This document shows positions 1 to 10,374 of a DNA stretch of 64,000 nucleotides, one piece after another. Within the stretch, counting starts at the first letter, position 1, and the number at the start of each line of letters is the position of its first letter. The stretch is from an uncultured bacterium (lineage in GTDB: Bacteria > Cyanobacteriota > Vampirovibrionia > Gastranaerophilales > Gastranaerophilaceae). The DNA is taken from assembly GCA_902797985.1 (NCBI GenBank), contig CADBUZ010000010.1, positions 6,755-70,754 of the forward strand. Direction: 5' to 3'. The position numbers and the translations under genes are program-made. The notes under the pieces are model-generated. The model was given only the letters and a program-made list of their open reading frames with translations, was not told the origin of the DNA and ran no database searches.

Positions 1-25
1 GACACATTAATGTTTTATATTGTAT

Positions 26-54
26 TATAAGAATAATGCTTCTCATGGTATAAT
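26..54 (+). promoter_or_regulatory. Candidate promoter of the helicase operon (extended -10 TGgTATAAT)
   Basis: TGGTATAAT lies at 46-54, about 20 nt upstream of the ATG at 75. The -35 region is weak, so the call rests on the extended -10 only. Confidence 0.3.
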
Positions 55-74
55 GAATTTGGAATTAATGGGTA

Positions 75-2903
75 ATGGTAAGTATAGAAGATATAGAAAA
101 TTTCATAAAGGAAAACAATGTATCGTTATTGGAACAAATCCGAGTAAATCTTAACAAGGAAGAAAAACTCGAATTAGTCAAATATGCTAAGCGTATGATT
201 CCAAAAATAAATAAAGTAACCCCTGACTTAAGATTGTCAATAGCACTTGTTATTGTTGCAAAACAAATATATGACCAAGGTAATTTTTGGGGTAAATTGT
301 CAGAAGCATTGCATATAAAGGATATTCCTTCAAACAAAACTACAATCATTGGTCAAATTTTTCTTAAAACAATAAAAAAATATAATTTATTTGAGGTAGA
401 AAAACATAAGAAAAATAATGAATATGTTCAAAATATATTAGCTCATTGTTTTATTCCGCAAAATTATCGTGAAAATTTCTACGAATTTATTTTTTCTTTT
501 TATGATAGGAATTTGAATAGGTGTATCCCTGAAAATATTGATGAAGATATTCAAGATTTAAAAAGATACATGAAAAAAATACAAAATACTCAAGATGAAG
601 AATTACATTTTGATGTATCTAAAAATCACGCTGCCGTTTCATATAAATTAATCAAATCAATTCAGACAGTTATTGCTGAAGAAGACGTAGTAATTCATAA
701 CACTCTTTTAGAATACTTAGAACTTATCGATAATTACTTTTACAGTAATTCAATAGATAAAATGCCTAAAAGTCTTATAAATTGGTGTGAAAATAAATTT
801 GAAAAGCTATCAAGTAGACGAGGGTCAAAATATAGAAATATCCCTCGGTTTAGAAATTCTACACCATTTATTGGGTATAGTGTTACAAATGGTAAAGCAT
901 ATATTGTTATACCTGAAAGAAAATTTTCAGAAGATATAAGCCAGGCAATTATCAAAATTAAAAAAGACAATGAAGATTACCGTTCTAGGGAGTTAGAATT
1001 ATGTCAAGCCTATGGATGTATAAAATCAGATGATGTTGAATTTATTGAAATCGACAATAATGATTTATTTTCGGAATTTAAGGTTTTTTGTAATGGAAAA
1101 TTAATAAAAACAATTGAAAAGGCTCCATTTAGAATTTTTCAAGATATAAAAAACTCAAATGATAATATATGTATAGATTATTACGAAATTAACGAGTTTC
1201 ATGAAGGTGAGATTTGTATATTAACCCAGCCAGAAAAAACAATGGAACTCAACAACACTACACTGCTATATAAAAATATAAATAATCGTGCATTTAACAC
1301 ATATATTTTCAACATGAAACAAGATACAACAGTATTAATTGATGGTATTCCTTTTGATAACAACTGTTTGGATAATGACAATGAAATATTTAAGCCTTTT
1401 TTTAATTCTCCTAGCAATTTCAGGATGAAAAAAGAGGATGGTAATGATATTATATGTACATATTCTCATCCAAAACTTTATTTCAAAAATCCTGATGAAC
1501 TATTAGAAAAAAATCCTTTTATCCTTTGCTCTAACAATAAACCGATTTGTTTAAAAGAAAACTCCGAAATAAAAAAACTCTCATCTGATATTGAGTATAC
1601 AGTTATAGATTTAACTAACTATATAGATAATAAAATTGGCGAATACACCATACAACTAGATATTTCTGGGCAACATAGAGTTAATCTATGTCAATACTTA
1701 TTAATAGATGATTTGGATTTTAAAACAGATAAAATCTTGTATGTATTTGATCAAAAAGCTATTATTACTCAAAATACACATCATAATGTAGAAGCAGAAA
1801 ATGCAAGAATAATTGATAATATAACTGTTGATAACCCTACAATAATAAATTACGAATACCAAATAGAAGATGATCTTATTGTAAAGTTTGATATAGAACT
1901 TGCTAACAAAAATTATAAAATAGAAATTCCATTACAAGTTTTTCAATATTCACTTGATAATAAAAAATGGTTATACTCGAAAAAAGAGCATATATATAAT
2001 CATGAACTAAAAAATTATTTTTATGTAAAGATTCCAAATATTAATGATGCAATTTTGTATATGAGTAATGATAGTTATTTCCCAATTCATAGTAAAAATA
2101 GGGGTAATTATTTAGAATTTGACATTAGCCAAATCACAGAAAAGGTTAATGAAACAGATTGTTTTAAAGATGACTTAAATATTGAATTTGAATATTATGA
2201 TAAAAAAACTTGTAAAGAAAATATTGGTGAAATTATAAATCAAATAGATATAAAATCTTTTACATTTGATTTTGATGAATCAAAACAATGTGTCTATATT
2301 AGTACTGAATTTTATACAGAAAAATATAAATTTGGTGTTGCATTAAGAAATGTTGAAACTAATGAAATATTGAATTTATATTTACAAAATGGGAAAAACT
2401 ATATACAAGAGCTAGATTCTCAAGGAATTTATGATATCACAAAATACATAGAAAAGAAAAATTCGTTTGGAACAACTTCTGAAGACAAAAAAATAATTGA
2501 AACTCTAGAAAAACAAACACCAACAGAAGTTCTCTTTTTACCATCAGATTGTCAAATAAAAATACAAGATTTATATTATAAAAATCAAAGATATTCATTA
2601 AGGTATGACTACCAAATAGCAAAAGTACGTGCATTCCCAAATTATTTTTGGGGCGTTTTGTATCAAAATTCACAATTTGATTCAAAAAGATATCGTATTA
2701 ATTTTGATTTTGTTCAAGAAAATAAACATAAGATTTATTTCAAATTATCAGATAGTACTGAATTTTGTTACGACACAGAAACAAACTTATTGATTCCATC
2801 TGATATGCCATCATTAGGTAAAAACTATTCCCGCTATCTATTTTTAGATTATGACAATACATATTTTAGTGTTACAATCAAAGAAAACCGAAAGGATTAT
2901 TGA
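75..2903 (+). CDS. Large uncharacterised protein (942 aa), first gene of the helicase operon; DruH-like by position and size only
   Basis: Uninterrupted 942-codon ORF with ATG at 75. Its TGA stop (2901-2903) shares one nt with the ATG (2903) of the next gene (TGATG junction), implying translational coupling. I recognise no catalytic motif, so the product call is positional. Confidence 0.5.
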   Translation: MVSIEDIENFIKENNVSLLEQIRVNLNKEEKLELVKYAKRMIPKINKVTPDLRLSIALVIVAKQIYDQGNFWGKLSEALHIKDIPSNKTTIIGQIFLKTIKKYNLFEVEKHKKNNEYVQNILAHCFIPQNYRENFYEFIFSFYDRNLNRCIPENIDEDIQDLKRYMKKIQNTQDEELHFDVSKNHAAVSYKLIKSIQTVIAEEDVVIHNTLLEYLELIDNYFYSNSIDKMPKSLINWCENKFEKLSSRRGSKYRNIPRFRNSTPFIGYSVTNGKAYIVIPERKFSEDISQAIIKIKKDNEDYRSRELELCQAYGCIKSDDVEFIEIDNNDLFSEFKVFCNGKLIKTIEKAPFRIFQDIKNSNDNICIDYYEINEFHEGEICILTQPEKTMELNNTTLLYKNINNRAFNTYIFNMKQDTTVLIDGIPFDNNCLDNDNEIFKPFFNSPSNFRMKKEDGNDIICTYSHPKLYFKNPDELLEKNPFILCSNNKPICLKENSEIKKLSSDIEYTVIDLTNYIDNKIGEYTIQLDISGQHRVNLCQYLLIDDLDFKTDKILYVFDQKAIITQNTHHNVEAENARIIDNITVDNPTIINYEYQIEDDLIVKFDIELANKNYKIEIPLQVFQYSLDNKKWLYSKKEHIYNHELKNYFYVKIPNINDAILYMSNDSYFPIHSKNRGNYLEFDISQITEKVNETDCFKDDLNIEFEYYDKKTCKENIGEIINQIDIKSFTFDFDESKQCVYISTEFYTEKYKFGVALRNVETNEILNLYLQNGKNYIQELDSQGIYDITKYIEKKNSFGTTSEDKKIIETLEKQTPTEVLFLPSDCQIKIQDLYYKNQRYSLRYDYQIAKVRAFPNYFWGVLYQNSQFDSKRYRINFDFVQENKHKIYFKLSDSTEFCYDTETNLLIPSDMPSLGKNYSRYLFLDYDNTYFSVTIKENRKDY

Positions 2904-5900
2904 TGCTTTTTAGGCCTGCGGAGAGTTCAAATAACATTGTAGAGTTTTACAAAAGATATTTATTAACTACTTTCCAAACAAATAATGAAAAATATAATAA
3001 ACAACTTGCACACGAATTAAATGAACCAAATGCAATAGCAAAAGGTCCGTATATAAGTTTGACTGATTCTTTTGAAAAAGGTAAAACCATACTAGATTTA
3101 ATTAAAGAAAATGAGTTGGTAAAAAGTTTTGGTAAAATAAAAAAACTGAAACCTGAGAGAACTTTATACAAACATCAAGAAGAAGCATTAAGAAAAGCTA
3201 ATCAAAATAAAAATTTAATTGTAACAACAGGTACGGGTTCTGGGAAAACAGAATGTTTCCTTATTCCTGTTATTAACCAATTGCTTAGCGAGCAAGAAAA
3301 TGGCACACTCGATGCCGGAGTGAGAACGCTTGTTGTTTACCCTATGAATGCTTTAGTTAATGATCAAATTCGAAGATTAAGAGAAATTTTTGAAAGTACA
3401 GATGATTGCAACATTACTTTTGGACGATATACTGGCGAAACAAAAGAAAAATATGAGGATGCACTAGAAGAATATAAAAATCGTGAAGGGACTTTGCCTA
3501 TCCAGAATGAATTAATTTCAAGAGATAAAATGCGTGAAAATCCTCCAAACATTCTAATCACAAACTATGCAATGTTAGAATATTTACTGCTGAGACCTGG
3601 TGATAATATTTTCTTTTCAGAAGAAAATGCGAAAAAATGGAGATTTATTGTATTTGATGAAGCACACACATATGAAGGGGCAAAAGGTATAGAAGTTGGG
3701 TCTTTGGTTAGACGTTTAAAAGCGACATTAAATAATCAAGATATTAATTTTATTCTGACCAGTGCTACTTTAGGAGATAAAAGAGATAATCAGAAAATAA
3801 CTGACTTTGGTAAATTGTTATGTGATGCTGAATTTGACCAAGATTCTATAATAAGATCTAAAACGGTTGCCCCTCTTATTAATGAACAAGCTAAAGAGTT
3901 AGATTTTCAAATATATCGTGATTTAGCAGAAAAAATAAGAACTAATGTCACAGAAGAAGATTGTATAAAATATATAGAAGATAAAGGTATTAAGATATAT
4001 CCTTCACTTGAAACAACACTGTATCAAATGATACTTAATGATGTTTTATACAAAAATGTAAGAGATGTATTATATGGCAAACCTAGAACATTACAAAATG
4101 CTGCCGAATTATTAAATTTATCAGAAAATGATTTCACTGATTTTATTACAGTTGCATCAAATGCACTATTAAATGGCGATAAAATATTTGACGCAAAATA
4201 CCATATGTTTTTAAGGGGCATTGAAGGTGTTTATATTACATTAAAACCCAGTGAAAAATTATTTATAAATAAACTTGAAACATATAAACCTACCCCATAC
4301 GCAAATGAAGACGAAATATACAAAGTATTTGAAATATCTTTTTGTAATAATTGCAATGCGACATTTATAACAGGACAGACAGAAAATCGTGAAGGTATAG
4401 ATTATTTAGTTCAAAAATCTAAATATAATGATGATTATAAACCTGAAATATATATGATTAATGAAAATGAAATAGAAGATGAGGATTTTGAATCCGAAAA
4501 ATCAGATATTGAATACCTTATATGTCCACATTGCGGAGCCATAAAGAAGAAATCAGCATTAAAACCTCTTAATTGTGGGCATAATCCTAATGAATTTCAA
4601 ACAATCATAAAGGTTAAAGATTCAGGCGACGTATTGCATACCTGTCCAAGTTGTGGAACATTTAATGCTCAAAGAAGCATAATTCGTCCTTATTTAGTGG
4701 GTAATGAAGCAGTAACAGCAGTTATTGCGACAGCATTATATAATGAATTACCACGTGAAATACTACAAGTTAGAGAAACAGAAAAAAATAATTTATTTTT
4801 TGGACAATCTTCTACGATTTCCGAAAAAATCATGACTAAATTATCAAAACAATTTTTGGCTTTTTCTGATAATAGACAAGCTGCAGCTTTTTTTGCTTCA
4901 TATTTAGAACAAACTTATAGAACAACCTTAATTAAAAGACTCATGACAGAAATAACTTGTACGCACCAAAACAAACTAAATGAAAGAGGGCTTTCAATAA
5001 GTATATTTAAAGATTATTTAGTTGATTTATTTAATAAATATAATATTTTTGAAGATACTACAACGAATGATGTCAGGGAAAAAGAAGCATATATTGCAAT
5101 TATTAAGGAACTTACAAATCTAAAAGCTAAAAGTTCTTTGCAAAACAAAGGAATATTAACATTTGATTTTGCTGTTAATATTCCAGAAATAGAAGAATAT
5201 AATTTATCAAAACAAGAAGCAAATACTATGGTAAAAATTCTAATGACGGAATTTTTAAAACATCGTGCCGTAAGCTTACCTCTAGAATTAACAGATGCAG
5301 ATAGAGAGAAATACTTATTAAATGGTATTCAAATGAGTTTTTCTAAAAATCCACTTGATAATAAAACTATAAAAAGCTGGATTCCTAATAATTTTAAAAG
5401 AAGTAAAAAAATAAAATTTTTAAATACATTACTACCGCAATTGTCAGAAGATGATATTACAGATTTATTATCAATGTTATGGGATTATCTTAAGGATGAA
5501 AGAAATAAATACTTGGTTACTAATAATAATCTTAGTTATTTATTAAATATAGATAAAATTATTGTAAAACCTGTAACAAATTTATATATTTGTCCAAAGT
5601 GTAAAACAATAACTCAATATAACCTGAGAAATATTTGCCCAAAATGTCTAGGGAAATTAGAAGAATACGATTATAAAAAAGATTTGGCAAACAATCATTA
5701 CGCAAGAGTATTCCACGAATTACAAATGGATGATTTAATAGCAAAAGAACATACTGCTCAGTTAGGACAAGATTTAGCTTATGAATACCAAAATGAATTT
5801 AAAAATAAAGAAATTAATGTCTTAAGTTGTTCTACAACTTTTGAAATGGGAGTTGATGTTGGTTCATTAGAAACTGTATTTATGCGTAATATGCCACCAA

Positions 5901-8002
5901 CTCCTGCTAATTACGCACAAAGAGCAGGTCGCGCAGGTAGGAGTTTACATTCTGCTGCATATGCATTAACATATTGTCCAAACAGTTCTCATGACTTAAA
6001 TTATTTTAAAAATCCTAAAAATATGATAGATGGTAAGATTAATCCACCTTCATTTAATATAAATAATAAAAAAATAATCTTAAGACATATTTTTGCATCA
6101 GCATTTTCTGTATTTTGGAAAAATAAAGATTATTCAGAATATTATACAAAAACTATTGGCGAGTTTTTTGACAAATCAGGTTTTACAAAATTTAAAGAAT
6201 ATTTGAATTCTAAGCCATCGGAATTAAAAAATTACCTTTTATCAGTAATTTCCGACAGAGAAACTATAGAATATTTTGATATTAATAATTTTGGTTGGGT
6301 TAAAAATTTATACAGCGAAGATCCTAAAGAACCCGGTGTATTTGATATTGCTAGAAAAAAATATGCAGAGAAATTAGATGAACTTGAAAAAGCTAGAAAA
6401 GAAGAAATCGAAAAAGCTCAAGAAGGGAAAAAATCAAAAATAGAAGGTATTCGTATTTCTATAGATAGTTTAAAAAGGCAACAAACAATTGAATTTTTAT
6501 CTTCAAACAATTTAATCCCAAAATACGGTTTCCCTGTTGATACTGTTGAACTACAAGGATTCAGTAGAAGTGGAATAATATCTAAATTACGTCTTGATAG
6601 AGACTTATTTAATGCTATATCTGAATATGCTCCAGGTTCAGAAATAGTAGCAAATGGTAAATTAATTAGAAGTCAATATGTAAAAAAATTAGAAGGTTAT
6701 GACTGGCCAAGACATAATTATAAAATATGCGAGCATTGTGGAACATTAAATCAAAGTAAAACTGGTTGGGGAGATGAACTTTCAATATGCAAACAGTGTG
6801 GTGAGGATTTATCAGATAAAAAATCTCGTCAATATATTGTGCCAAAATTCGGTTTTATTTCAGAAACAAATGAACCAAAAGATGTCGGAACAGATAAACC
6901 CGAAAAAACATATCACGGACAAATTTTATATATTGGAGATAAAGATAATATTATAGAGAAAAAATGTTTTCTAATTAATAATCAATTTGAGATCGAGCTT
7001 ACTTCAAGTAAGATGGATGAACTTGCTGTAATTAATACATCAAATTTTTATATATGCGATAAATGTGGCTATACTGAAACCGATAAGCACGGAATAAAAG
7101 ATGCAAAAGAAAAAACACACCCTAACCCTCGAGGGTATAATTGTCCAAACAAGCTTTTAACTAAATTAGATATAGGTCATGAATTTCAAACAGATGTTGT
7201 TGTTTTAAGATTTATAGGACAACAATTTGAAGATGATGAAGCTTGGTCAATATTATATTCATTACTTGAAGGGTTAAGTAAATATATTCCAGTTAATAGA
7301 AATGAAATTTCCGGTTGCTTGCATTGGTCTGAAAATAGTAGAGCATTTGTATTATTTGATAATACTCCAGGGGGAGCAGGATATGTAAGGCAACTTATGA
7401 ATCCATTAGTTATGCAAAATGTGTTGTCTACTGCACGTAAAATTGTAGAAGAATGCACATGTGGTGGTGAAGAAGGAGATGCGGCTTGTTACGCTTGTCT
7501 ATGCAACTATTATAATCAAAGACAACACGATAATTTAAAGCGCAAATATGCAATAGATTTTTATAAAAGATTATTATTTGGCAAAAATGATTTTTATGCC
7601 GAAGAACTTGAATTAATAGATAAATACAGTTCTGATGATTCAAAAACGCAAAAATATAAACTAATATTTAATAATAATGGAGTTAATTTAAGCAATAAAA
7701 CATATAAGGAAATATCAGATTACATTGCTGATGAAATAACACAAAAAGAGTTAGAAATTTTTAATTCAATATTACAAATAGAAAACATTGAATCATGCGA
7801 TAAACCATACTATATGCCAACTTTTACTGTGTTTGAGAATAAAGATGTGCTTGACCCAATTTTAGCTTGGCCAAATGCAAAAATAATACTATTTAGCAAT
7901 GATGAAAAGGAATCGTATGAAATTGCAAAGTATTCAGATTGGCATGCATTTTGTTTGTCAGAAGATTTTAATATGTTGAAGATAGTTAAATTATTAAAAT
8001 AG
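2903..8002 (+). CDS. SF2 DEAD/DEAH-box helicase fused to a zinc-ribbon-rich MrfA/DUF1998 domain (DruE-like, about 1699 aa)
   Basis: Helicase motifs: motif I TGTGSGKT (nt 3230-3250), motif II DEAH (nt 3656-3667), LTSAT and motif VI QRAGRAGR. There are multiple CxxC pairs. C-terminal DUF1998/MZB-type signatures: GHEFQTDVVVLRF, FDNTPGGAGYVRQL, CTCGGEEGDAACYACLCNYYNQRQH. Confidence 0.8.
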   Translation: MLFRPAESSNNIVEFYKRYLLTTFQTNNEKYNKQLAHELNEPNAIAKGPYISLTDSFEKGKTILDLIKENELVKSFGKIKKLKPERTLYKHQEEALRKANQNKNLIVTTGTGSGKTECFLIPVINQLLSEQENGTLDAGVRTLVVYPMNALVNDQIRRLREIFESTDDCNITFGRYTGETKEKYEDALEEYKNREGTLPIQNELISRDKMRENPPNILITNYAMLEYLLLRPGDNIFFSEENAKKWRFIVFDEAHTYEGAKGIEVGSLVRRLKATLNNQDINFILTSATLGDKRDNQKITDFGKLLCDAEFDQDSIIRSKTVAPLINEQAKELDFQIYRDLAEKIRTNVTEEDCIKYIEDKGIKIYPSLETTLYQMILNDVLYKNVRDVLYGKPRTLQNAAELLNLSENDFTDFITVASNALLNGDKIFDAKYHMFLRGIEGVYITLKPSEKLFINKLETYKPTPYANEDEIYKVFEISFCNNCNATFITGQTENREGIDYLVQKSKYNDDYKPEIYMINENEIEDEDFESEKSDIEYLICPHCGAIKKKSALKPLNCGHNPNEFQTIIKVKDSGDVLHTCPSCGTFNAQRSIIRPYLVGNEAVTAVIATALYNELPREILQVRETEKNNLFFGQSSTISEKIMTKLSKQFLAFSDNRQAAAFFASYLEQTYRTTLIKRLMTEITCTHQNKLNERGLSISIFKDYLVDLFNKYNIFEDTTTNDVREKEAYIAIIKELTNLKAKSSLQNKGILTFDFAVNIPEIEEYNLSKQEANTMVKILMTEFLKHRAVSLPLELTDADREKYLLNGIQMSFSKNPLDNKTIKSWIPNNFKRSKKIKFLNTLLPQLSEDDITDLLSMLWDYLKDERNKYLVTNNNLSYLLNIDKIIVKPVTNLYICPKCKTITQYNLRNICPKCLGKLEEYDYKKDLANNHYARVFHELQMDDLIAKEHTAQLGQDLAYEYQNEFKNKEINVLSCSTTFEMGVDVGSLETVFMRNMPPTPANYAQRAGRAGRSLHSAAYALTYCPNSSHDLNYFKNPKNMIDGKINPPSFNINNKKIILRHIFASAFSVFWKNKDYSEYYTKTIGEFFDKSGFTKFKEYLNSKPSELKNYLLSVISDRETIEYFDINNFGWVKNLYSEDPKEPGVFDIARKKYAEKLDELEKARKEEIEKAQEGKKSKIEGIRISIDSLKRQQTIEFLSSNNLIPKYGFPVDTVELQGFSRSGIISKLRLDRDLFNAISEYAPGSEIVANGKLIRSQYVKKLEGYDWPRHNYKICEHCGTLNQSKTGWGDELSICKQCGEDLSDKKSRQYIVPKFGFISETNEPKDVGTDKPEKTYHGQILYIGDKDNIIEKKCFLINNQFEIELTSSKMDELAVINTSNFYICDKCGYTETDKHGIKDAKEKTHPNPRGYNCPNKLLTKLDIGHEFQTDVVVLRFIGQQFEDDEAWSILYSLLEGLSKYIPVNRNEISGCLHWSENSRAFVLFDNTPGGAGYVRQLMNPLVMQNVLSTARKIVEECTCGGEEGDAACYACLCNYYNQRQHDNLKRKYAIDFYKRLLFGKNDFYAEELELIDKYSSDDSKTQKYKLIFNNNGVNLSNKTYKEISDYIADEITQKELEIFNSILQIENIESCDKPYYMPTFTVFENKDVLDPILAWPNAKIILFSNDEKESYEIAKYSDWHAFCLSEDFNMLKIVKLLK

Positions 8003-8011
8003 GATGATAGT

Positions 8012-9811
8012 ATGACTGTATATATTGCGGATGAACCAAATGAATATACACCAGAGAGTCAAGAGGATAAAATATTTTATGCTCTAAAAAATAATTTGCC
8101 CAAAGACGAAGATTATTACGTTTTTCATTCACTAAGAGTTACCAACGTTGTTAATAACGTAGTCATTCCAAAGGAAATTGATTTTGTTGTTTTTAATCCT
8201 AAAAAGGGGATAATATGTATAGAAGCAAAATCTGGCAATGTTTATACCAAATTAAATGAAATGAATAAATTAAAATGGTATTATGCAAATGGAGAGATTA
8301 TTGACAAGGGTGGTCCATATTGGCAAGCCGAAAAAAAGCAAATCGCAATAATTAATAGATTTAAAAAAGCAAAATGTTCACATCTTTTGGATAAATGTAA
8401 AATTCATTTTGCAGTTTGGTTTATTTCGTTAACTAAAGAACAATTTCATAATATTACTTTAACTCCGGAAGCTTCAGAGGAACTTACACTAACTAATGAA
8501 GATTTACAAAATCCTGGAGCAGCATTAGATAAAATATTTAGTTTAGATGTTGAAAAACATATTAATACAGAACTAACAAAATTTGATGTAAAAAAAGTAT
8601 TAGAAAATGTGCTGTGTCCAGAATTTAATCTTGTAGCATCTATGGCTTCAGAGATTTCTTTAAAAAGAAGTTCTCTTGCTCGTTTATTAGCGGAACAAGT
8701 AAAAATTTTAGATTTTTTGGATGAACAACAAGTTGTAACTATAAATGGTGCTGGTGGTACTGGTAAAACAATGATCGCATTGGAAAAAGCAAAAAGGTAT
8801 GCAAATAATGAGGAAAATGTTTTGTTTCTATGTTACAACAAAGCTCTATGCGAACACCTAAGAAATAATTATTCTCACTCAAATATAGATTTTTACAATA
8901 TTGATGCATTTGCGTGTTCATATTGTAAAACAGGTATAGCAGACTACAAATTATTAAAGAACAAAATTACAGACGATTATTTAGATGGTAATTTTAAGTA
9001 TAAGCATGTAATAGTTGATGAAGGGCAAGATTTTGGTCAATCAGAAATAGAAGAAAATCAAATATTAGATACATTTGAAGCTGCCGTTGTGAATGAAGAA
9101 GATGAAACTGGTAGCATGTATGTTTTTTATGATAAACAACAATTTATACAGGGTGAAGGTTGTCCAAGTTATATAAAAAATGCTGATTGTAGACTTTCAT
9201 TAACTGTTAATTGTAGAAATACAAATAATATAGCTGAAACATCAATTAGACCATTAAATTTACCTAAAAAATACAGAAATATAAAAATCAGACCAGATAG
9301 TGTAATAGGAGATACAACAACCTTATATGCTTCTGTAGATAAAGATAAACAACTCGAACATTTAAATCTATTCATTAAAAAATGCACAAGCAAAAGTATA
9401 AATCCTAAAGAGATTGTGATAATTTCTTGTAAAACTAAAAGTGAAATTGAAAATGGTAACAGTTTGCTTTCTAATTATGGGTCAGAATATACATGTGATA
9501 GTGTAAACATTAAAATAACAAATTGTGCCGATTTTAAAGGTCTTGAAGCAGATGCGGTTATATTAATAGATGTTGATAAAGGCACCTTTAATACTCAAAA
9601 AAATTGTAATAGGTTCTATGTTGCTGCTTCTAGAGCCAAATTCAATTTATACATAATTTGTGATATGACTCAAGAGGATTGTGCTATCTGTTCAGAAATC
9701 ATACAAAATAAAAAAGAAAATTTACCAGATAATATATCATTAGAAAATATAAAACTGAAAAATGCAGAAAAAAGATTTGCGGCAACCTTAAATGCAACTA
9801 TTTTATCTTAA
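8012..9811 (+). CDS. NERD nuclease-like domain fused to SF1 (UvrD-like) helicase
   Basis: Starts 9 nt after the previous stop with an AGGA-type RBS. N-terminal NERD-like block: FHSLRV...EIDFVVFNPKKGIICIEAKSG. Walker A GAGGTGKT and Walker B VIVDEGQDF. C-terminal FKGLEADAVILIDV...YVAASRAK is typical of UvrD_C_2. Confidence 0.75.
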   Translation: MTVYIADEPNEYTPESQEDKIFYALKNNLPKDEDYYVFHSLRVTNVVNNVVIPKEIDFVVFNPKKGIICIEAKSGNVYTKLNEMNKLKWYYANGEIIDKGGPYWQAEKKQIAIINRFKKAKCSHLLDKCKIHFAVWFISLTKEQFHNITLTPEASEELTLTNEDLQNPGAALDKIFSLDVEKHINTELTKFDVKKVLENVLCPEFNLVASMASEISLKRSSLARLLAEQVKILDFLDEQQVVTINGAGGTGKTMIALEKAKRYANNEENVLFLCYNKALCEHLRNNYSHSNIDFYNIDAFACSYCKTGIADYKLLKNKITDDYLDGNFKYKHVIVDEGQDFGQSEIEENQILDTFEAAVVNEEDETGSMYVFYDKQQFIQGEGCPSYIKNADCRLSLTVNCRNTNNIAETSIRPLNLPKKYRNIKIRPDSVIGDTTTLYASVDKDKQLEHLNLFIKKCTSKSINPKEIVIISCKTKSEIENGNSLLSNYGSEYTCDSVNIKITNCADFKGLEADAVILIDVDKGTFNTQKNCNRFYVAASRAKFNLYIICDMTQEDCAICSEIIQNKKENLPDNISLENIKLKNAEKRFAATLNATILS

Positions 9812-9911
9812 AAAATCCTAATTTTGTGTTGTAATGATACGATTTTGTCAAATTTAATTGAAATTTTCCCTACAACAAGTGATTAATTGCATAGCAGGAA
9901 GGAGTTTTGCT

Positions 9912-10112
9912 ATGACAGGAAAAGATTACACTTTATACGGAACAAAGATTTTGAATCTTAAAACTCAAGAAATCGGCTTGCTGATTTGTTTATGGAAAAA
10001 CAAATTTGCCGATAAAACTGTAGATTTTGCAACTTGCGTTGATAAAACCGGCAAGAGATATAACATTGAACTTGATAATATAAGAGGGTTTGAAGATGAT
10101 TTTGAAAAATAA
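9912..10112 (+). CDS. Small hypothetical protein (66 aa)
   Basis: Strong RBS AGGAAGGAG lies 7 nt upstream of the ATG at 9912. The upstream TTG-initiated extension in the ORF track has no RBS. No recognisable domain. Confidence 0.4.
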   Translation: MTGKDYTLYGTKILNLKTQEIGLLICLWKNKFADKTVDFATCVDKTGKRYNIELDNIRGFEDDFEK

Positions 10113-10374
10113 ATTAACCAAAGAGACATTAGACATTCCATATTCTGAATTCAGAAAAAAGTTTGCAAAAGAAATTCGGGATGCGTTTGAAAGTTACCGC
10201 AAGACACAATTGAACAAATATTCTTGGAACTTCAAAGACGACAATTCATTGGAGTTTAATTTTTATTTTGAACTCCATTGGAATTTCAATCATTTTGGAA
10301 ATAGTAACTGGTATATAGAACTTTATTTGAATAGTATCTTTTACCTGAACTCCAATATTGTACTCAATCATTAA
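10096..10374 (+). CDS. Small hypothetical protein, doubtful
   Basis: The ATG at 10096 overlaps the previous small ORF by 17 nt. The 3' 129 nt overlap the convergent mrr coding region, which argues against at least the 3' part being real. Confidence 0.2.
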   Translation: MILKNKLTKETLDIPYSEFRKKFAKEIRDAFESYRKTQLNKYSWNFKDDNSLEFNFYFELHWNFNHFGNSNWYIELYLNSIFYLNSNIVLNH

